This document shows positions 19,738 to 29,919 of a stretch of DNA of 64,000 nt, one piece after another. The stretch spans positions 2,948,891 through 3,012,890 of the forward strand of contig JBFWNU010000001.1 of NCBI GenBank assembly GCA_050250895.1. The letters are read 5' to 3'. This DNA is from Vulcanimicrobiota bacterium (GTDB lineage Bacteria; Vulcanimicrobiota; Xenobia; Xenobiales; JADMJV01). The translations under genes were made by a program, and so were the position numbers. Position 1 is the first letter of the stretch, and every line of letters begins with the position of its first letter. Under the pieces are notes generated by a model, which searched no databases, was not told the origin of the DNA, and was given only the letters and a program-made list of their open reading frames with translations.

Positions 19738-20395
19738 CTACCCGGGCTTGACCACACTCAAGGAACAGCGAGGCCAATCAAGGTGTGAGTTGAGCGTCGA
19801 AATCTCTCGCTTGAGTGCAGACGGCCCCGACCTTCGGCCAGTTTGCAGAGATTTTGTCCTTGTGAGCGCGAAACCCACTCGCCTGATTCTTGAGCGCTCC
19901 GGCTGGCCAACCACAAGTTTCGGATTGAAGTTACTCGCGAGCCGGCGAAAGATGGCTTTGATGTCGGTTCGACACTCGACGCACTCTGCCGTGGCGTCGG
20001 GTCCATCGCAGCTCACCACTGGGGTCATCGGGGAAGAGCGCCACCAATGCCCAGGTTTCGCTTGCCATCGCAGGGATGCAGAGCAGGGTTTTAGGCGGCA
20101 TCTGCGTCTTGCCAAGCCAGGTCAAGACCAGCTTTCTCACGGCCTGGACGACATCTTTCGGGGGCGGGCAGGGAACAGGGTGATGGCCAGGCTCGGACTC
20201 CAGGCTGATGTCTGCATCGACTTGCAGGACCAGAAGATCGAAGTTGTTCAGCAAGGCTCCCCAACCGGCGCCGGCAGTCTCTTGTTGGCACCACAGGCGG
20301 ACCCCTTTCCAGCCGCCTCCTAAGGGCCCAGCGTGGCCACCAATGCTGCCGAGCGGTGGTTGAACGGCGACCGACTCGAGGGCGACCCTATACAT
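19738..20395 (-). pseudogene. Frameshifted partner of the ABC/AAA ATPase (DUF4276/TOPRIM-like)
   Basis: GGGWKGVRLWC, LQVDAD and CIPAMASETW motifs; frame change near 20030; overlaps the ATPase stop. Confidence 0.55.
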
Positions 20396-21566
20396 CGGGC
20401 ACGCCGCCCAGGTGGCCGTTGACCCAGAGCCTGGAGACAGTCCAAACCTCTCCATTCCGCTGAAGCTCGTCCAGGCCGAGGCGAATTCTCCGAACGTTGG
20501 TCAACCCTCTCTGGGTGCGTCCAACCGTAAAGAGCCTCACCCTGTCGTCCTCCAGCGGAAGTCCATCCAGGACGAGAGGGTTATGAGAGGTCAGCAGAAC
20601 CTGTCTCTTCTTGGGGGCGTTGAGGATCCAACGACAAAAATGCTCGGTCAGGGCGCGGGCGAGTCGGGGGTTGAGGCCGTGGTCGAAGTTATCGATTGCG
20701 AAAATACGGGGGGCGTTGGGCAGGTTGGCCAGAGCCGCTACGAAGAGCACGTAAAGCGCGCCCTCGCTGGCATCATAACTGGTGAGCAGGTTGCGCCCCT
20801 CGGCCATGTATCGGTCCTCGAAGCAAAGAACCTTCCTGGCAGTGGGAACGCTTGGCGAGATCGGCACTCCCTGCCCGGCCTCCATGGTCCGATAGGCATC
20901 AGCCCACTCGATCAGACCGAAAATCTCCTCGACGGTATCGTGGCCATCCGGCAAGAGTTGGTCCAGTTGCTGAACGGCCTCTGCCAACCTTCCTCCAGAG
21001 AGCCCGACCGGGTCGCGCGGCTGGGTCTCTTGGACCAGACCGCGCAAGACACTGGTCGTCGGTGTATAGATCGCGTAATCCAGAAGTTCCCTGAGAAACA
21101 ATGACGCCGGCGACTCGGGTGCCAGTTCGACCGCCCTGAGGGCGGCAAGTCCGCGCTGAGGGTCCAGGGCCTCTGTGCTGGCTGGCGACCGCCCTACGAT
21201 CCTCTCGGCCCCCTGTGCGAGGCTTTCGGTCTTGAATTGCCAGGCCTGTTCCTTATCTGGCGGAGGCGGAAGAAGTTCGACAGAATACTCTGCACCCTCC
21301 CCGTCTGCCCCGAGCCGGATTGCGTTGCGCGACCTATCATTCCGGAAGGAGGACTTGAACAGGTTGGATGGCCCTGGGCGGACCCCACGGCGAAGAAGCG
21401 ACTCGTCGTCGACACGGCCGTTCGCACAGGCTCCAATCACCCCGGGCGCCTCGAGCAGGTTGCTTTTGCCGCTGCCGTTTGCACCAACGAAGACGTTGAC
21501 CTGGCCTAGCTCAAGGTCTGCCTCGAGGATTGACTTGAATGCCCTGATCGTCAGCCTCGTGATCAC
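20388..21566 (-). CDS. ABC-type (AAA_21-like) ATPase of defence-associated type
   Basis: Walker A GANGSGKS, signature-like ASEG, Walker B FAIDNFD, LTSHNP H-loop; GTG start at 21566. Confidence 0.85.
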   Translation of the reverse strand: MITRLTIRAFKSILEADLELGQVNVFVGANGSGKSNLLEAPGVIGACANGRVDDESLLRRGVRPGPSNLFKSSFRNDRSRNAIRLGADGEGAEYSVELLPPPPDKEQAWQFKTESLAQGAERIVGRSPASTEALDPQRGLAALRAVELAPESPASLFLRELLDYAIYTPTTSVLRGLVQETQPRDPVGLSGGRLAEAVQQLDQLLPDGHDTVEEIFGLIEWADAYRTMEAGQGVPISPSVPTARKVLCFEDRYMAEGRNLLTSYDASEGALYVLFVAALANLPNAPRIFAIDNFDHGLNPRLARALTEHFCRWILNAPKKRQVLLTSHNPLVLDGLPLEDDRVRLFTVGRTQRGLTNVRRIRLGLDELQRNGEVWTVSRLWVNGHLGGVPDV

Positions 21567-21732
21567 TTGCGAAGCTTTGCGGTCGCTCCCGTATTCGCCT
21601 CCAACGACGAACGGATACTTGCCCGCGAGTCTTCGGAGAGGGGTTGAGCATCGAGCATCCGATGACAAGTCCTGGCGCGGAGGGACGGTAAAGTCGAACC
21701 AAGAACAAGAGCCTACGCAAGAAGGGGTTGTC

Positions 21733-24700
21733 TTGGGTAACACAACGCACGCAGCCACAAACTTTGGGTTTCTCGCCGAGCACGACCCGCTGTTGCTGCG
21801 CCTGACGCAGCAGGCGGAGCGGTACTTCGCCGAGGACCCGAACACATGCCTATTCAAGCTGCGCCAGTTCGCCGAGTATCTGCTGCCGCTGCTGGCGGCC
21901 CGCACGGGGGCGAAGGTTCGGCCGGACATGAGTTTTCACGACACGCTCCAGCTGCTGCGTCGCAATCGGGCTCTGCACGACCAGGCCCATCAAGCGTTCA
22001 ACACCCTGCGCAAAGCGGGTAACAAAGCGGCTCACGAGATGGCAGGTGACCACAGCGAGGCGCTGCAGATGCTCAAAGTGGCCCGGGCCCTGGCGGTCTA
22101 CTTTCATCAGACCGTGAAGGACCGGGGCTTCGCGCCGGCGCCTTTCCTGCCCCCACCCGACCCGAAGAGGCAGGCGGCCGAGGTCGCAGCGGAGTTGGCC
22201 GAGCTTAGGGCTGAGGTGGCTCGGGTGCTGCAGGCGAAGGCCGAAGCCGAAGCGGTGGCCCGCGAAGAGGCCCAGCGCCGGGCCGAGGCGGAGGCCAGTG
22301 TGCTGCTGGCGGCCCAAGAGAAGGCGCTGGCCGAGAGTCGAGCGGAAGAGACGGCCGAGCTGCTGGCGCAGGAGCAGGCTCGCCACGTGCAGGTGGTGGA
22401 AGAGCTGGCCACCCAGGCAGCCGAGGCTCCGGTGGAAGAGCTGGAGAAGATCAAGGCTCAGGCCAACAGCATCAACCTCGACCTTGACGAGGCGGCCACC
22501 CGGCGCCTGATCGATCAGCAACTGCGCGATGCGGGCTGGGAGGTGGATAGCCAGAAGCTGACCTGGAAGAAGGGCGTGCGACCGCAGAAGGGCAAGAGCC
22601 TGGCCGTCGCCGAGTGGCCCACCGACCATCCTGATGGCGGCAAGGGCTGGGCCGACTATGTGCTCTTTCTGGGGCTGACTCCGGTGGCCGTGGTGGAGGC
22701 CAAGCGAGCCAACAAAAACGTGGCCTCGGCCATCGGCCAGGCCAAGCGCTACAGCGAGGGGTTCCGGCTCGAGGGTGACCTGGTCGGGGCTGGAGGGCCG
22801 TGGGAGAAGTATCGCATCCCCTTTCTCTACTCGACCAATGGGCGTCCCTATCTGCTGCAATTGCAAGAGTTCAGCGGCATCCACTTTCTCGACGCGCGCA
22901 AGCCCACCAACCACTCGCGGGCTCTGCCCGCCTGGCACGCTCCCGAGGGGCTGCAGGCGATGCTGGCTCAAGACATCGACCAGGCCACGGCCGCACTCAA
23001 GCAGGAGAGTCTAGACTATCTGGGGCTGCGCTACTATCAGAATCACGCGATCCTGGCCGTCGAGGGCGCGTTGGCCGAGGGCAACCGCGAGATCTTGCTG
23101 GCCATGGCCACCGGCACCGGCAAGACGCGCACGGCCATCGGGCTACTCTATCGCCTGCTCAAGACCCGGCGCTTCAACCGCATTCTCTTTCTGGTCGACC
23201 GCACCTCGCTGGGTGAGCAGGCCCACAACGCCTTCAAAGACGTGACCATGGAGAACCTTCAGAAGTTCTCGGACATCTACGAGGTGAAGGGCCTGGGCGA
23301 CCTGGTGCCCGACCCGACCACCCGGGTGCACCTGGCCACCGTGCAGGCGATGGTCAAGCGCTGCCTCTATGCTGAAGACGATGTGCTCACGCCCGACAAA
23401 TACGACTGTATCATCGTCGACGAGTGCCATCGCGGCTACAACCTCGACCGCGAGATGTCCGAGGCCGAGCTCGAGTTTCGCAGCGAAGAAGACTACATCT
23501 CGATGTACCGCCGGGTGCTCGACCACTTCGACGCTGTGCGCATCGGCCTGACGGCCACCCCGGCTCTGCACACGACCCAGATTTTTGGCACGCCGGTCTA
23601 TCAGTATGGCTACCGCCAGGCCGTCATCGACGGCTTTCTGGTCGACCACGAGCCACCCGTCCAGATCGTCACCGGGCTGGCCGAAGACGGCATCAGCTGG
23701 CAGGCGGGCGAGCCGGTCGAAGTCTATGACGTCAAGCGCCAGAACATCGACCTGGTGCACATGGACGACGAGGTCAAGATCGAGGTCGAAGGGTTCAACA
23801 AGCGCGTCGTCACCGAGAACTTCAACAAGGCCGTGCTGGGCGAGCTAGCCAGGCACATCGACCCGGACCTCGACGGCAAGACGCTGATCTTCTGCGCCAC
23901 CGATCATCACGCCGACATGGTGGTGCGCCTGCTCAAGGCAGAGCTCGATCAGAGCTGCGGGCCCATCAACGACAATGCCATCCGCAAGATCACCGGAGCC
24001 GCCGACAAGCCGTCCGAACTGATTCGCCGCTTCAAGAACGAGAAGTATCCCAGCGTGGCCGTGACCGTCGACCTGCTCACGACCGGCATCGACGTGCCCG
24101 AGATTGTCAACCTGGTCTTCTTGCGCCGGGTGCGCAGTCGCATTCTCTACGACCAGATGGTGGGCCGAGCTACCCGCCTGTGCCCCGACATCGACAAGAA
24201 GGTCTTCTACATCTTCGACGCGGTGGGTCTGTACGCGGCCATGCAGGACTATACCGAGATGAAGCCGGTGGTCACCCAGCAGCACATCAGCTTCGAGCAG
24301 CTGGTGCGCGAAATCACCGAGGTTCCTGACCCGTTGGCCCGCCAGGAGTTTCTCGAGCAGCTCATCGCCAAGCTGCAGCGCAAGCGTTTTGACGACGAGG
24401 GCCGCCAGCAGTTCGAGACGTTGACCCAGATGACGGTGGCCGAGGTGCTCGACTTCTTTCGCAAGAACGAGGCTGACACGGTGGCCGGCTGGTTCACCCA
24501 GCACCCGACCCTGGTCAACCTGCTCGACAGCTCTACCGGTGGCGGAGCCAGGTTGCTGGTCTCCAATCACGACGACGAGGTGCGGCGGGTCGAGCGAGGC
24601 TATGGCCACAACAATCGTCGCCCCGGGGACTATCTCGAGGAGTTCAGCGATTTTCTCAAGAGCAACCTCAACGCCATCCCGGCTCTGACGGTGGTCACCC

Positions 24701-25128
24701 AGCGCCCGCGCAACTTGACCCGAGCCCAGCTCAAAGAGCTCGAGCAGGCGCTGGCCCAGGAGGGCTACATCCTCAGCCATCTCGAGAGCGCCTGGCGCGA
24801 GACGACCAACCAGGACATCGCCGCTAGCATCATCGGCTTCATCCGCCAGCGCGCGCTGGGCAGCCCGCTGTTGCCCTATGGCGAACGGGTCGACCGGGCC
24901 CTCAAGAAGATTCTGGCCAAGCAGGATTGGACCAAGCCCCAGCGCCAATGGCTCGAGCGCATCGCCAAGCAGATGAAGCTCGAGACCATCGTCGACCGCG
25001 ACACCCTCGACCAGGGCCAGTTCAAGGACAAGGGCGGTTTCAACCGCCTCAACAAGGTCTTTGGGGGGCAGATGGAGCAACTGCTGGGTGACCTGGTGGA
25101 TGCCGCATGGGAAGACGACGCAGCCTAA
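21733..25128 (+). CDS. hsdR: Type I restriction enzyme R subunit (EcoKI-like)
   Basis: ADYVLF...VVEAKR nuclease motif, MATGTGKT, DECHRG, LTATP, QMVGRATR; TTG start after GAAGGGG. Confidence 0.95.
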   Translation: MGNTTHAATNFGFLAEHDPLLLRLTQQAERYFAEDPNTCLFKLRQFAEYLLPLLAARTGAKVRPDMSFHDTLQLLRRNRALHDQAHQAFNTLRKAGNKAAHEMAGDHSEALQMLKVARALAVYFHQTVKDRGFAPAPFLPPPDPKRQAAEVAAELAELRAEVARVLQAKAEAEAVAREEAQRRAEAEASVLLAAQEKALAESRAEETAELLAQEQARHVQVVEELATQAAEAPVEELEKIKAQANSINLDLDEAATRRLIDQQLRDAGWEVDSQKLTWKKGVRPQKGKSLAVAEWPTDHPDGGKGWADYVLFLGLTPVAVVEAKRANKNVASAIGQAKRYSEGFRLEGDLVGAGGPWEKYRIPFLYSTNGRPYLLQLQEFSGIHFLDARKPTNHSRALPAWHAPEGLQAMLAQDIDQATAALKQESLDYLGLRYYQNHAILAVEGALAEGNREILLAMATGTGKTRTAIGLLYRLLKTRRFNRILFLVDRTSLGEQAHNAFKDVTMENLQKFSDIYEVKGLGDLVPDPTTRVHLATVQAMVKRCLYAEDDVLTPDKYDCIIVDECHRGYNLDREMSEAELEFRSEEDYISMYRRVLDHFDAVRIGLTATPALHTTQIFGTPVYQYGYRQAVIDGFLVDHEPPVQIVTGLAEDGISWQAGEPVEVYDVKRQNIDLVHMDDEVKIEVEGFNKRVVTENFNKAVLGELARHIDPDLDGKTLIFCATDHHADMVVRLLKAELDQSCGPINDNAIRKITGAADKPSELIRRFKNEKYPSVAVTVDLLTTGIDVPEIVNLVFLRRVRSRILYDQMVGRATRLCPDIDKKVFYIFDAVGLYAAMQDYTEMKPVVTQQHISFEQLVREITEVPDPLARQEFLEQLIAKLQRKRFDDEGRQQFETLTQMTVAEVLDFFRKNEADTVAGWFTQHPTLVNLLDSSTGGGARLLVSNHDDEVRRVERGYGHNNRRPGDYLEEFSDFLKSNLNAIPALTVVTQRPRNLTRAQLKELEQALAQEGYILSHLESAWRETTNQDIAASIIGFIRQRALGSPLLPYGERVDRALKKILAKQDWTKPQRQWLERIAKQMKLETIVDRDTLDQGQFKDKGGFNRLNKVFGGQMEQLLGDLVDAAWEDDAA

Positions 25129-25137
25129 GGAGAGCCA

Positions 25138-26577
25138 ATGCTAACCTCGAATACCCAAGATATCGTCCAGAAGCTCTGGGCTCTGTGCGACATCTTGCGC
25201 GACGACGGCATCACCTATCACCAGTATGTCACCGAGCTGACCTATCTGCTGTTCTTGAAGATGGCCCAGGAGACCGAACGCGAGGCCCAGTTGCCCGAGG
25301 GCTATCGCTGGAGGAACCTGACGGCCCAAGACGGTCAGAAACAACTCGACTTCTATCGCGAGATGTTGCTGCATCTGGGCAGCGAGGCCAAGTCGGAGCG
25401 GGTGCAGGCGATTTTCAAGAACGCCAACAGCTCGCTGACGCGGCCGCGCAATCTCAAGACCTTGACCAACAGCATCGACTCGCTCGACTGGTATAGCGCT
25501 AAGCACGAGGGCCTGGGCGACCTGTATGAGGGGTTGCTGGAAAAGAACGCCAACGAGAAGAAGTCTGGCGCCGGCCAGTATTTCACGCCGCGCCCGCTGA
25601 TCGACTGCATGGTGGCTCTGGCCCAGCCCCAGGTGGGCGAGCGGGTGCAAGACCCCGCGGCCGGCACGGGCGGCTTCTTGGTGGCCGCCGACCGCTACAT
25701 CAGGCAGCAGACGGATGACTACTTCGAGCTCTCAGATGACGAGGGGGCGTTTCAGAAGTATCAGGCTTTCTACGGGATGGAGCTGGTCTCGGACGCCCAC
25801 CGCCTGGCCCTGATGAACCTGATGCTGCACGACATCGAGGGGCACCTGGAGTATGGTGACACCCTCTCGCCCCGGGGGGCAGAGCTGCCGAAGGCCGACC
25901 TGATTCTGACCAACCCGCCGTTTGGCTCGAAGAAGGGCGGCGGCCTGCCGACCCGCGACGACTTTACCTATCCGACCTCGAACAAGCAGCTGGCCTTCTT
26001 GCAACACATCTATCGGGGGTTGAAGCCGGGCGGTCGGGCGGCCGTGGTCTTGCCCGACAACGTCTTGTTCGAGGGCAACGTGGGCGCCCGCATCCGGGCC
26101 GACCTGATGGACAAGTGCGACCTGCACACGATCTTGCGGTTGCCGACGGGCATCTTCTACGCCCAGGGCGTGAAGACGAACGTGCTTTTCTTCACCCGCG
26201 GCCGCTCGGAAGAGGGCTGCACCTCGCGGGTCTGGGTCTACGACATGCGGACGAACATGCCGTCGTTTGGCAAGCGGACCCCGCTGACCCGCGAGCACTT
26301 TGCCGAGTTCGTGACCTGCTTCGGCGACGACCCGCTTGGGTTGGCTGAACGGATCGACCAGGGCGAGGAGGGACGCTTTCGCTGCTTCACCCGCGAACAG
26401 ATTCGGGAGCGGGGCGAGAACCTGGATATTTCCTGGCTGCGCGACGAGAGCGCCGAGCATGCCGACGACCTGCCGGAGCCGGAGGAAATCGCTGGGGAGA
26501 TTTTGGGTCATCTGCAGACGGCGATGGAAGAGATGGAAGCCCTGATGGAGCTTTTGGAGGGCGGTGACGCGGAGTGA
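25138..26577 (+). CDS. hsdM: Type I R-M N6-adenine methyltransferase
   Basis: GAGQYFTPR, DPAAGTGGFL and NPPF motifs. Confidence 0.97.
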   Translation: MLTSNTQDIVQKLWALCDILRDDGITYHQYVTELTYLLFLKMAQETEREAQLPEGYRWRNLTAQDGQKQLDFYREMLLHLGSEAKSERVQAIFKNANSSLTRPRNLKTLTNSIDSLDWYSAKHEGLGDLYEGLLEKNANEKKSGAGQYFTPRPLIDCMVALAQPQVGERVQDPAAGTGGFLVAADRYIRQQTDDYFELSDDEGAFQKYQAFYGMELVSDAHRLALMNLMLHDIEGHLEYGDTLSPRGAELPKADLILTNPPFGSKKGGGLPTRDDFTYPTSNKQLAFLQHIYRGLKPGGRAAVVLPDNVLFEGNVGARIRADLMDKCDLHTILRLPTGIFYAQGVKTNVLFFTRGRSEEGCTSRVWVYDMRTNMPSFGKRTPLTREHFAEFVTCFGDDPLGLAERIDQGEEGRFRCFTREQIRERGENLDISWLRDESAEHADDLPEPEEIAGEILGHLQTAMEEMEALMELLEGGDAE

Positions 26578-28097
26578 GCTTACCAACGGGCTGGCAGCTA
26601 GTCGAACTTGGCGAACTTGGTAAGTGGGCAACCGGCGGGACGCCGAGCCGCTCTGTTCCGGAATATTTTGGAGGCGGGATCCCCTGGGTCAAGACGGGCG
26701 ATCTAGACGACGGCCCGGTAGTCACGATTGAGGAGACCATCTCCGAACTCGGCCTGAAGAACAGCAACGCCAAGCTCTTCCCCCCAGGGACACTGTTGGT
26801 CGCTCTCTATGGTGCAACAATCGGTAAACTGGGCATCCTAGTCTCAGCCGCTGCCTGCAACCAAGCCTGTGCTGCACTCCTTCCTGGCTCGACTGCGTTG
26901 GTGGTCGAGTATCTGTTTTGGTACCTCCGCTCGCGGCGAGAAGACCTGAGGGCCGCCGGCCAGGGTGGGGCACAGCCGAATATCAGTCAAGGTCTGTTGA
27001 AGGCCTACAAGTGTCCTTTGCCCCCCGTGAATGAGCAGCGTCGCATCGTGGCCAGGATTGAGGAACTGCAGGGGCGCAGCCGCGCCGCGCGGGAGTCTCT
27101 CGAGGCGATTCCACCTCTGCTGGAGCGGTTTCGTCAGTCGGTTCTCGCGGCCGCTTTTCGCGGGGACCTGACGGCAGATTGGCGCCGGGCGAACCCGGAT
27201 GTGGAGCCAGCCAGCGTGCTGCTCGAGCGCATTCGCGTCGAGCGGCGTCGGCGCTGGGAGGAGGCGGAACTCGAGCGCCTGCGGGCCAAGGGCCGAGAGC
27301 CCAAGGATGACAAGTGGAGGACGAAGTATCGTGAGCCGGAACCGGTGGACACGACGGGCTTGCGGAAGTTGCCGGAGGGTTGGGCTTGGATACACGTCGC
27401 AGAGGTTGCGGACGTAGTTGACCCTCACCCCAGCCACCGAACACCGCCGGTCGTCAGTGGCGGGGTGCCATACGTTGGAATGGGCGACTTTCGGTCGGAT
27501 GGAACACTTGATTTGGAAGGCGCTCGCAAGGTCTCGCCTAATAAGCTTCGCTCTCATCGTGAGCGGTACAGGCTGCAGTCCGGCGATTTCATCTTTGGCA
27601 AAATCGGCACGCTGGGCACCCCGATTGAATTGCCGCAGCCTTTCGATTATTGCGTTTCTGCAAACGTCATCCTGCTACAACCTGTAAGCGAAGTAAATTC
27701 ACGCTGGCTTCTCCATTACTTGGACAGCCCATACATTGGCCGCATACTCGCCGACCTATCAAGAGCGACGGCGCAACCAGCTTTCGGCATAACGAAGATG
27801 CGTCAACTGGCTGTTCCGATACCCTCACGGGCGGAGCAGGACTTTGCCGTGAGGCTCATTGATAGTCATCTAGAAAGGTCCCTTGTTGAGGGCGACGCGC
27901 TTAAGGTTGCAGCCATCTCTCTAGAGAGGCTTGACCAATCCATCCTGGTCAAAGCCCACCGGGGGGAATTGGTGCCCCAGGACCCCGATGATGAGTCAGC
28001 GTCGGCTCTACTTGAGCGCATCCGGGGCGAAGATCAGCAGGTGCCGACGAAGCCGAGGCGCAATTCGTTTAGCAAGCGGGGGACTCTTAAGCATTGA
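26574..28097 (+). CDS. hsdS: Type I R-M specificity subunit
   Basis: LPTGW/LPEGW, PLPPVNEQRRIV, AAFRGDL and AHRGELVPQDP conserved regions flank two TRDs. Confidence 0.95.
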   Translation: MSLPTGWQLVELGELGKWATGGTPSRSVPEYFGGGIPWVKTGDLDDGPVVTIEETISELGLKNSNAKLFPPGTLLVALYGATIGKLGILVSAAACNQACAALLPGSTALVVEYLFWYLRSRREDLRAAGQGGAQPNISQGLLKAYKCPLPPVNEQRRIVARIEELQGRSRAARESLEAIPPLLERFRQSVLAAAFRGDLTADWRRANPDVEPASVLLERIRVERRRRWEEAELERLRAKGREPKDDKWRTKYREPEPVDTTGLRKLPEGWAWIHVAEVADVVDPHPSHRTPPVVSGGVPYVGMGDFRSDGTLDLEGARKVSPNKLRSHRERYRLQSGDFIFGKIGTLGTPIELPQPFDYCVSANVILLQPVSEVNSRWLLHYLDSPYIGRILADLSRATAQPAFGITKMRQLAVPIPSRAEQDFAVRLIDSHLERSLVEGDALKVAAISLERLDQSILVKAHRGELVPQDPDDESASALLERIRGEDQQVPTKPRRNSFSKRGTLKH

Positions 28098-28915
28098 GAG
28101 ACTCAATCCTTGAGAGACGCCTCCAAGCCCTCTTTGCCTCCTTCGACGCGGTGTATCATGGCGGCGTTCTCGGTTCAAATGCCACAAAAGGTGCCGAGCG
28201 GGAGTCCTTCACGGGGTTGTTGCTCTCGGACATCTTTCAACAGAGCGTACGAGTCGGCACGGGGGACATCATCGATAACACTGGTAAGAGAAGCGGCCAG
28301 GTCGATCTAGTGCTTGAGTATCCGCGGGCTTTCAGCTTTCCGGCTTTTCCGGGTGGCCCTAGACTCTATCTAGCAGAGAACGTGGCAGCAGTGGTCGAGG
28401 TCAAGTCGAACCTGAAGGCACAGAAGGATCAATGCAGAGATACCGCCCAAAAGGTAAAAGAGCTGGAACGGTATTTCGAAAGGCAAAGGAGGTTGGAGCG
28501 CGCAGCAGAGCTAGAGCGGGAGGCTTGCGCCATTCAGGAAGCTGAACCCGAGCAAGCAGAAGAACTCCGATGTCGGGCTGATTACAGTCGCAGACTGGCT
28601 AAGTTCTTTCCGCCAGACCCCATCCCCGTTCTCGCAGTAGGCTACGAAGGCTGGGCCACGCTCGACGAGATTAAGAGTTGGATGGAATCCATGATCGGCG
28701 ATCCAGAGGATCCCGACCCCTCGCCGGTCGACGCCGTTTTTGTTGTCAAAAGACGTATATTCTTCCGCTTAAACACTGTGGAGGAACGGCAGAGAACCGG
28801 AGATTCTTGCCGGGGAATATCGGGGACGAAGAGCCTTCTCTGGTTACTGGAGTATATACAGGTCCTGATGGCGCCACCCACTTGTTCGCCCTCTATCAGC
28901 GCCACGTATAAGTAG
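28094..28915 (+). CDS. DUF6602/NucC-like restriction-fold nuclease
   Basis: KGAERE, GTGDIID..G..SGQVDLVLE and AENVAAVVEVKS motifs; overlaps the hsdS stop. Confidence 0.7.
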   Translation: MRDSILERRLQALFASFDAVYHGGVLGSNATKGAERESFTGLLLSDIFQQSVRVGTGDIIDNTGKRSGQVDLVLEYPRAFSFPAFPGGPRLYLAENVAAVVEVKSNLKAQKDQCRDTAQKVKELERYFERQRRLERAAELEREACAIQEAEPEQAEELRCRADYSRRLAKFFPPDPIPVLAVGYEGWATLDEIKSWMESMIGDPEDPDPSPVDAVFVVKRRIFFRLNTVEERQRTGDSCRGISGTKSLLWLLEYIQVLMAPPTCSPSISATYK

Positions 28916-29277
28916 AGCAGCGCGCCCGCAACGCCGCCCACCAGAGGTTCGACGAGGGTTTTCGCTACGAGATTCGGATTCAGGCCGGACCCGAGCGTCC
29001 CTATCTGTCGGACATCCTCGAGTTCTTGAAGGGCGTGGGGCCAGGACCGGCCAACCTGCTTGCAGAATTAGTCAAGTTGACCGATAGTGTCATTTCCGAC
29101 CTGGTTCAAGAGATCACCGGTACTTATAATTGTCGCACATCATCGGGTTTATGCCTGGTATCTCGACGACAGCGTCGAGCAGGGTGCCTACCAGGCCCAG
29201 GTTAAAGAGATCGGGCCAAAGGAAGATCCGCAGGTCCGCGTCATCGTTCGGCTACGGGCCACTCTACCTCACCCGGG

Positions 29278-29760
29278 CTACCGACGTGTCCTCGAGGGCC
29301 TTGAGTTTTGGTGAGCTAGAGGATCCCGCAACAAGTGCGCAACCTTGAAAGGTGGCGAGGTGCCCGCTTCGCCTGGTCCGGCTGGAATCAACCGAGTTTG
29401 TGGTCTGAATCGCAAGCCAGGACCGACGCTGTCCTGACCGGTCGTCGTCAAAGCGTGGCGTGCCCGCCGAACCTCCAAGCGAGCTCCGTGGCAGAGTTCC
29501 AGTAGCGCCTCTTTCAACTTTCGCCGTCCGAGCATCTGGCGCAGGTCGTTGACGACTCGGTTGTGACACCTTCCTGGCCGAGGACCTCCCCCACACGGAC
29601 ACGGGAATCTATTCGCGATCCGCTTCTTGAGGGCGCTCTTGACACAGGCGTTTACAACGCTATGAACGCCCGTGCCGTTGTCTCCATCCAACAAAGCGCC
29701 GTGTCGTATACCGAGCTTCTCGAACAGTTCCATAAAGCGGCAAAGGTTGGACAGGAGAGC
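29278..29760 (-). pseudogene. Chimeric relic: OLD-family TOPRIM-like fragment joined to a SEC-C-like (PCPCG...CH) fragment
   Basis: NLCRFMELFEKLGIRHGALLDGD followed by PCPCGGGPRPGRCHN. Confidence 0.4.
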
Positions 29761-29919
29761 CCTAGTCGTTGATGCGTTGATGTGCTCGGGAAATACAGGA
29801 TGTTAGCAACGCTCTTAATTTGATCCACACAACGCTCAAAAGTGATCCACCCCCATACCGTTATCCGGAAACTGGAGTTGAAGAGACTTCAAGTCCCGGA
29901 GCAGGCATGCTGAAAGTGT

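Noticed and set aside
21175-21732. N-terminal extension of HsdR in the ORF track
   Set aside because: Overlaps the divergent ATPase; the plausible start with an RBS is TTG 21733.
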